From: a virus | Virus record (IMG/VR): IMGVR_UViG_3300020473_000017 | DNA length: 64,000 bases | Strand: one strand, 5' to 3' | Shown: piece after piece, positions 58,587 to 64,000 of the stretch | Position numbering within the stretch: the first letter of the stretch is position 1 | How the letters are laid out: each line of letters begins with the position of its first letter | Notes under the pieces: generated by a model | Database searches by the model: none | Seen by the model: only the letters and a program-made list of their open reading frames with translations | Told to the model about the DNA's origin: nothing | Translations under genes and position numbers: made by a program

Positions 58587-59285
58587 CTACCCGAAAAAAC
58601 TCACCAACCCCTCAATTACTATGTCATTAGTAACACCTGTATTATGATTCTTCACCTTTAACTCGTGCCTAAGCGTAGGCATGGTGTTAAAAAATTGTTG
58701 TATTTTATCAAATTGAGAAGCAGTTAATGTCTCTACCCACTCTCTAGCTTCTTTAAAACTAAAAGTACCTGCAGATTCAGATCCAACATAAACATTCTTA
58801 ATACATTCTGCTACTAAATCATAAGGATCTACATTATCTTCTGCAAAATTGACTTTTGCAAAGTAATCTAAATTTGGATACCTCATCTCAATACTAACAT
58901 CATTCTCAAGTTTAACTAGATTAGTATGACCTTTTGGAAACCTTACCTTGACATCATCTGCCAAAAAGTTAACATTAACTTCGGTCTTACCATCATCAGG
59001 ACAAGTGATCTTCAATTCAATTTTTTCACTAATTGATCTAGCACGTATTTGAAGGAATAAGTATTCAACATCAAATAAAGCAAGATCATCTATTTTAATT
59101 CTACTATTAATACAATTCTTTAATATAGTCTTAATTGCTTCTAATACTTGAGCATCCTCTTGCGATTCCATCGCAACGATTAAAACCTTCTGTTCTTTTA
59201 CTAAGAAGGGTCTACATTTAATTTTCTTTTTTGTAGAAGGCACCACCAATTCATAGATTGGTGTAACAATTTCAGGTAATGGCAT
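58587..59285 (-). CDS. gp26: Baseplate hub subunit / chaperone gp26
   Basis: MPLP, RPFLVKEQK, DVEYLFLQIRARS, IEGLVSFF. Confidence 0.92.
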   Translation of the reverse strand: MPLPEIVTPIYELVVPSTKKKIKCRPFLVKEQKVLIVAMESQEDAQVLEAIKTILKNCINSRIKIDDLALFDVEYLFLQIRARSISEKIELKITCPDDGKTEVNVNFLADDVKVRFPKGHTNLVKLENDVSIEMRYPNLDYFAKVNFAEDNVDPYDLVAECIKNVYVGSESAGTFSFKEAREWVETLTASQFDKIQQFFNTMPTLRHELKVKNHNTGVTNDIVIEGLVSFFG

Positions 59286-59288
59286 AAT

Positions 59289-60095
59289 TTACTTTGTTCG
59301 TCCTAATGGTACATATGACCCAGTAGGCCATTGGAATTGGAAAGTTTGGTATTCATAATAAAAACCAACAGACACTCTAACTAACTCAGACTGTCCACTA
59401 CTATAAGGTACAGAAGACATTGAATATGGATAACAATTCTCCAATCTTGCTTTAAACCCCACATCATACTTATCAGGTCTCTTAGCTTCATATCCTGAAC
59501 CATCTGCTTTAAATTCAGATTCAGGTGATACTCCAAACTTCTCAAGCTTGTTTATAGTTATACCACAAGTATAATCATTATAGTACTGTTGAGCATATGC
59601 TTGGTGTTTAGCATGATACTTTGAATTAACAGAATACAGTTCATCCTGTTCTTTTGCAGCACCTGCTTCACTAGGTTCCATATGCCAATTTCCCATAATC
59701 ATATCTTGCCATGCTCTAAAGAACGACAAAGGAGTAGAATTAAGATCGCAGTAAAATTGCACATCAAGTTCATTATATACTTTACCAGATACCATCTTCT
59801 GTGTCAACCCCTTATGAGGTGACTTAATATCAGATGCAGTCATGTCAACACCAGGTATCTGTATCTCACTGCAAAGCATATTCAGTCTATAAACTCCAGC
59901 ATTCACAGGGTCTGCGGCCGCAGACAATGACTGACCATACCTCGTACCTATATTGGTACGTATGAAGCTTGAAAATTTTGGAGTTGGTTCAATATCAAAA
60001 GAATAAAGATTGGATGCGGATATACCCTTATCCAATATCTGATTCATGAAATTGTCAATAGTGAACTTATCCTTTGGGTCTATCCTCTTTGACAT
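59289..60095 (-). CDS. Tail tube initiator (gp54-like)
   Basis: LCSEIQIPG, FFRAWQD, LENCYP, V.F.Y; synteny. Confidence 0.72.
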   Translation of the reverse strand: MSKRIDPKDKFTIDNFMNQILDKGISASNLYSFDIEPTPKFSSFIRTNIGTRYGQSLSAAADPVNAGVYRLNMLCSEIQIPGVDMTASDIKSPHKGLTQKMVSGKVYNELDVQFYCDLNSTPLSFFRAWQDMIMGNWHMEPSEAGAAKEQDELYSVNSKYHAKHQAYAQQYYNDYTCGITINKLEKFGVSPESEFKADGSGYEAKRPDKYDVGFKARLENCYPYSMSSVPYSSGQSELVRVSVGFYYEYQTFQFQWPTGSYVPLGRTK

Positions 60096-60129
60096 AAATA
60101 TTTTCTATGGTGTGACCTGTTTTATTTAT
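60094..60129. promoter_or_regulatory. Overlapping divergent late promoters (ATAAATA on both strands)
   Basis: + strand at 60094-60100, - strand at 60123-60129. Confidence 0.65.
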
Positions 60130-60568
60130 GCCCTCATATAAAGGTAAATACAAGGTAAGAAACTACCGTAAGTATAAAGGAGACCCCACTGGGGTTATCT
60201 ACCGTTCCCTTTGGGAAAAGAAATTCATGGATTATTGCGATTCTAGCAAGAATATCCTAGAGTGGTCAAGTGAAGAACATGTTATACCATATAAAGATCC
60301 TGTACAAAAGAAGTGGAGAAGATATTTTCCAGATTTCTATATGAAGGTACGGGAATCAAATGGAAAAATATCCAAATACTTAGTTGAGGTTAAACCAAAA
60401 AGACAGGTCGATGGTCCTAAACCTCAAAAAAGAAAAACCAAACAATATATAACTGAGGTAATGACATATGCCACCAACAAAGCAAAGTGGGAAGCAGCAG
60501 AGCACTACTGCAGGGAAAGGCTTTGGAAGTTCAAGCTCATCACTGAAGTCGAGCTCAAAATTTACTAG
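60128..60568 (+). CDS. gp4: Head completion nuclease gp4
   Basis: KYKGDPT..IYRSLWE, WSSEE, RYFPDF, EVKP. Confidence 0.92.
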   Translation: MPSYKGKYKVRNYRKYKGDPTGVIYRSLWEKKFMDYCDSSKNILEWSSEEHVIPYKDPVQKKWRRYFPDFYMKVRESNGKISKYLVEVKPKRQVDGPKPQKRKTKQYITEVMTYATNKAKWEAAEHYCRERLWKFKLITEVELKIY

Positions 60569-60962
60569 TCTAATTCAAGATTTAAAAGGAAAATCAATAA
60601 CTAAAACCAAATTACGAGATACAGTATTCAATACCTTATTAGATGATGCTGTTGAAACTCCAGAAGAAGGTAAGTATTACTTCTTTGACTATGATCCCAA
60701 ATACAAAGGTATATTAAAGCAATGGGATCAATTTCCTCTAATTAGATTACTCGAAGTTAAAGGTGATACATACTTAGGTGCGAATCTACATTATATTAAA
60801 AGCAATGCTAGATTAAGTGCGATAAATAATAAAAAGTATCCTGCCGCAACTCTACATTATTACATACCTAAGAATGCTGACGACATTTTCTTTGAGGTAT
60901 CTGAAGACGATATACAAGTACTAAGTCAATTACCCCTAGAAAAGTTTCATTGGAATAGATAA
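60468..60962 (+). CDS. gp2: DNA end protector (gp2-like); start uncertain
   Basis: GKYYFFDYDPK...WDQFPLI...GANLHY. Confidence 0.72.
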   Translation: MPPTKQSGKQQSTTAGKGFGSSSSSLKSSSKFTSLIQDLKGKSITKTKLRDTVFNTLLDDAVETPEEGKYYFFDYDPKYKGILKQWDQFPLIRLLEVKGDTYLGANLHYIKSNARLSAINNKKYPAATLHYYIPKNADDIFFEVSEDDIQVLSQLPLEKFHWNR

Positions 60963-62203
60963 TGTCTAAGAAGCAAAAAAATTATGCATATCCTAGGACG
61001 ATATCGACGATTCCATATGCGTCGTTTATCACAATTAATAAGTACTCATATAATAAGGGTATGGCAGAAGTTGGGAGATCTCAACGTGATGCCATAGGTT
61101 CGATGCAAAATAGTGGTCTTGCTAAAGAAGTAGCCGATGGCCTTGCCAATAGCGCAAAAGACATATATGGTAATGGGATGAATCCATATTCCCACGATAA
61201 TGAAGATGACGCAATAAAAAAACTAAGGAAGTCCGTTACACCACGCTCAACATATTGGGGTGGTGGTGCAGGTAAATATATGCTTGCAAATAATATGACA
61301 GATGATGAGCTTGCTGAAGAAATTAAGTTTGAAGGAAGGATGGTAGATGGTAAAAGAGAAGAAACAACCTTAAAAGCGACATTAGAGAAAAAAAAGGAAG
61401 TTCAAAAATTTAGAGATGCAGGGTACGAAAAAGCATATGTTGACTTAGCCTTACCAAATGAATTCCAATATCAATATCAAGCTAATTGGAGTAACACCTT
61501 TAAATTAGGAACCATGGCTTTATTAGCAGATGATCCTAAAAGATTCACGGCAATAGCTGGTGCGGGTGGTGTTGCTGGTGGACTTCTAGGTTATGGAAAA
61601 GGTGAGCTAGCAAAGTTAGGTAAGAGTGATAACAAAGGTTTAAGTGCTCTTGCCAATGCTGGCCAAGGATTTACTCAAGGAGCTAAGAGTGCTGCAGATC
61701 TATTCAATGTGAACTCAAATATTATGGATCCAAAAAATATAGCTGGATTAGCTGGAATGGCACCAAATGAAAACGCCATACAATTCTTCAAGAAGATGGA
61801 ATTCAGACAATTTACATTAAATTTTGAATTTGCATCAAGAGATGAACATGAATCTGAGATGATCCAAAACATCATTAAATGGTTTAAAATTGGTATGCAT
61901 CCAGCATCACTAGATCCTCTTGGATCAGGTAGTGGAGTATTACTTGGTTTCCCAGATATATTTGTATTAGAACCTAAATTTGTACCAGTGGGAGAAAAAG
62001 GAGTAGTACAAAAAGCACAACCCCACAAAATGATGCCAAAGACCAAATTATGTGCATTACAGGGTTTAAATGTTAATGCAACTCCATTTGGAACAATCAA
62101 TACAGTTTTCGATGGTACTATACCATTAATTACTGCTACATTAACATTTACTGAACTAACTGCATTGACCAGAACAGACTTCGATCAGGAGGTAAACTAC
62201 TAA
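60962..62203 (+). CDS. gp48: Baseplate tail tube cap gp48
   Basis: FRQFTLNFEF, ES..I..II.WFK..MHP, FTELTALTR. Confidence 0.85.
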   Translation: MSKKQKNYAYPRTISTIPYASFITINKYSYNKGMAEVGRSQRDAIGSMQNSGLAKEVADGLANSAKDIYGNGMNPYSHDNEDDAIKKLRKSVTPRSTYWGGGAGKYMLANNMTDDELAEEIKFEGRMVDGKREETTLKATLEKKKEVQKFRDAGYEKAYVDLALPNEFQYQYQANWSNTFKLGTMALLADDPKRFTAIAGAGGVAGGLLGYGKGELAKLGKSDNKGLSALANAGQGFTQGAKSAADLFNVNSNIMDPKNIAGLAGMAPNENAIQFFKKMEFRQFTLNFEFASRDEHESEMIQNIIKWFKIGMHPASLDPLGSGSGVLLGFPDIFVLEPKFVPVGEKGVVQKAQPHKMMPKTKLCALQGLNVNATPFGTINTVFDGTIPLITATLTFTELTALTRTDFDQEVNY

Positions 62204-62823
62204 TGTCATTACTAAAAAGCCTACCAGATCTATTCTATAATATTGCTAAATCTCCCGTAGATGTACATTTGCTTCATGCAAAGAATCTATGGCAGAGATC
62301 TGAGGTATTGCCTGAGTACATTAATAGTTTAACTCTGTTTGATGAGTATATTGTAAAAAATGGAGAATCACCAGAAGTTATAGCAGAGAGGATATATGAT
62401 AATCCGTTCTACAACTGGACACTTTTCATAGCTAATGATATAGTAAACTACTATGAACAATGGCCAAAATCAGCTACCCAGTTGACTCAGTACGTATCCA
62501 ACAAATATGACAATCCACAAGCAACAAAGCATTATGTAACTACTGAAGTAAAAAACCTTGCAGGTAATGTAATTATTCCAGCAGGAAAAGTAGTTCCATC
62601 AAACTATTCAGTAAGTTATATTGATAATGGTACCGTTGTTACAGCGAATCCAGTCGTATCTATTACCAATTATCAGTATGAAGAAGAGATTAATAGTAGG
62701 AAGGAAAAAATTAAAATTATACGTCCTGGTCTCATAAACGACTTTGTTGAAACATACTATAGACGAATTAATAAGTCTGGTCCTCTAACCGTTGCCAACA
62801 CAGCATATAATATAAAAATGTAA
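62203..62823 (+). CDS. gp53: Baseplate wedge subunit gp53 (LysM-like)
   Basis: GESPEVIAERIY...WTLFIANDI, YEEEINSRKEKIKI. Confidence 0.9.
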   Translation: MSLLKSLPDLFYNIAKSPVDVHLLHAKNLWQRSEVLPEYINSLTLFDEYIVKNGESPEVIAERIYDNPFYNWTLFIANDIVNYYEQWPKSATQLTQYVSNKYDNPQATKHYVTTEVKNLAGNVIIPAGKVVPSNYSVSYIDNGTVVTANPVVSITNYQYEEEINSRKEKIKIIRPGLINDFVETYYRRINKSGPLTVANTAYNIKM

Positions 62824-62832
62824 GACATAAAA

Positions 62833-62863
62833 AAAATACCCCGAATTTTTTTCGGGGTATTTT
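62833..62863. terminator. Bidirectional intrinsic terminator
   Basis: AAAATACCCCGAA...TTCGGGGTATTTT between convergent gp53 and gp32. Confidence 0.9.
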
Positions 62864-62881
62864 AGTATTATAAAGTCGAAT

Positions 62882-63766
62882 TTAGTCTTCGTTAGCTAAT
62901 TTAGCGAAAAAAGATAGTGTATCGTCTTCACCTGAAGGTGTAGGAGTTGGAGTGCCTTGTACATCGGGTCTACCCTGTACTGTTGGAGTTACCTCTTCAT
63001 CAAACTGCTCCTGCTCAACCTGCTTCTTATATCCACCTTTGAGTGTTCTTTCAAGACGCTCACGAAGTTCATCGTAAGACTTGAACTGATCCTCAGCAGT
63101 GAAAGCAGCAAGACTGTGCTCTTGTTTCCAGATTGCCTCTAACTGTTTGTCAGAGAAGTCACCTAGAGTTGATGATTTATCAAACTCAGACTTATCATAA
63201 TTCCAGAAACCTGCAACCTTAGTAATCTTGAGTTTGAAGTCAGCACCCTTCCAAAGATCGAAAGGATTTACTGGTTGCTCATCCTCAAATGCTGGTTGCA
63301 TTGATTCCATAACCTTATCAAAGATCTTCTTACCATAACGGTATAGGAAGACTTTACCCTCATTTTCAGGGTTTGCACTATCCTTGACAACATAGATGTT
63401 GCTGTAATAGTTTAACTTACGCTTCTGGTTGCGTGCTTGAGTTCTTTCAGCAGAACCTTCACCACCAGAATTCCAGAGTTCCCTGTTCAAGTCAGAAACA
63501 GGATCCTTTTTGCCTACAGTTGTTAGACTGTTCTCAATATACCATCCACCTGGTCCTTGGAAGGCATGTGTCCAAACTTGTGCCCATGGAAGGTCTTCTC
63601 CATTGGGTGCAGGTAGAAATCTGATTACTGCGTAACCATTACCTGCCTTGTCTACCTCTGGTTTCCAGAGACGCTCATCTGGACCTGACTTCTCAGTTTT
63701 ATTTAAGTTGTCAGCCTTAGCGAGCAAGTCCTGAAACGAGGACTTCTTAAGTGAAGCAAAAGACAT
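62882..63766 (-). CDS. gp32: Single-stranded DNA-binding protein gp32
   Basis: DERLWKP, GNGYAVIRFLP, HAFQGPGGWYIENSLTT; start at MSFASLKK. Confidence 0.96.
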   Translation of the reverse strand: MSFASLKKSSFQDLLAKADNLNKTEKSGPDERLWKPEVDKAGNGYAVIRFLPAPNGEDLPWAQVWTHAFQGPGGWYIENSLTTVGKKDPVSDLNRELWNSGGEGSAERTQARNQKRKLNYYSNIYVVKDSANPENEGKVFLYRYGKKIFDKVMESMQPAFEDEQPVNPFDLWKGADFKLKITKVAGFWNYDKSEFDKSSTLGDFSDKQLEAIWKQEHSLAAFTAEDQFKSYDELRERLERTLKGGYKKQVEQEQFDEEVTPTVQGRPDVQGTPTPTPSGEDDTLSFFAKLANED

Positions 63767-63802
63767 ACGTATTCTCCGTATTAAGTGTATTTGAGTATGG
63801 GT

Positions 63803-63975
63803 GGGAGGTTGGGTTAATGTATACCAACAAGTACAGGGCATTGCTACATTAGTAGATTTTTACTGTACTATCTGAGACCCGACTGGTAAGTCGATTCTTC
63901 CTTGGGGGAAGCAGCACCACCTGTGTCTCATCACCTTAACTAGCCTTATGCCAGCAAGTTTATTCAGTCACTCCC
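63803..63975 (-). ncRNA. manA-type RNA motif in the gp32 leader
   Basis: GGGAG...CUCCC closure; GUGACUGAAUAAACUU, GAGAC...GUCUC, CGAC/GUCG and GUUGG...CCAAC stems; family recognised from memory. Confidence 0.68.
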
Positions 63976-64000
63976 GTATCAGGTAGCGAACCCGATATAC

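Noticed and set aside
58392-58661. + strand 89-aa ORF
   Set aside because: Antisense to gp51, which the ORF track missed
63767-63841. 24-aa N-terminal extension of gp32 in the ORF track
   Set aside because: Overlaps the structured RNA; GGAGA Shine-Dalgarno precedes MSFASLKK at 63766
1-64000. CRISPR array, DGR/reverse transcriptase, integrase, intein or stop-codon recoding
   Set aside because: No regularly spaced identical repeats, RT or recombinase motifs, intein motifs or interrupted core genes seen

Overview
This is a 64-kb segment of a T4-like marine cyanomyovirus (Kyanoviridae-type, Prochlorococcus/Synechococcus phage); the assignment rests on T4-type baseplate and head genes plus cpeT. 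Left (1-22640, minus strand): baseplate module with a VrlC-like virion protein, gp8, a 4802-aa gp7, gp6, gp25 and PAAR, plus inserted SET-domain and 2OG-Fe(II) oxygenase genes. Middle (22.7-38.7 kb): accessory/early region with a GC-richer island of small cassette genes (including a putative SAM lyase), tRNA-Thr, candidate structured ncRNAs, two DNA methyltransferases, a PD-(D/E)xK nuclease candidate and more oxygenases. Many promoters here carry a 22-bp palindrome exactly 30 nt upstream of the -10 box. Right (38.7-64 kb): fibre/adhesin genes, cpeT, an acyl carrier protein, the hub module (gp5, gp27-like, gp29/TMP-like, gp51, gp26, gp54), gp4, gp2, gp48, gp53, gp32 and a manA-type RNA. Best leads: (1) a recursively nested, bracket-balanced repeat architecture inside gp7; (2) a candidate -1 frameshift fusing gp26 to gp51; (3) a ~400-nt multi-domain ncRNA co-transcribed with tRNA-Thr; (4) a putative SAM lyase in a phage that also encodes three methyltransferases. 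All family assignments are from motif recognition by eye; no searches were run.
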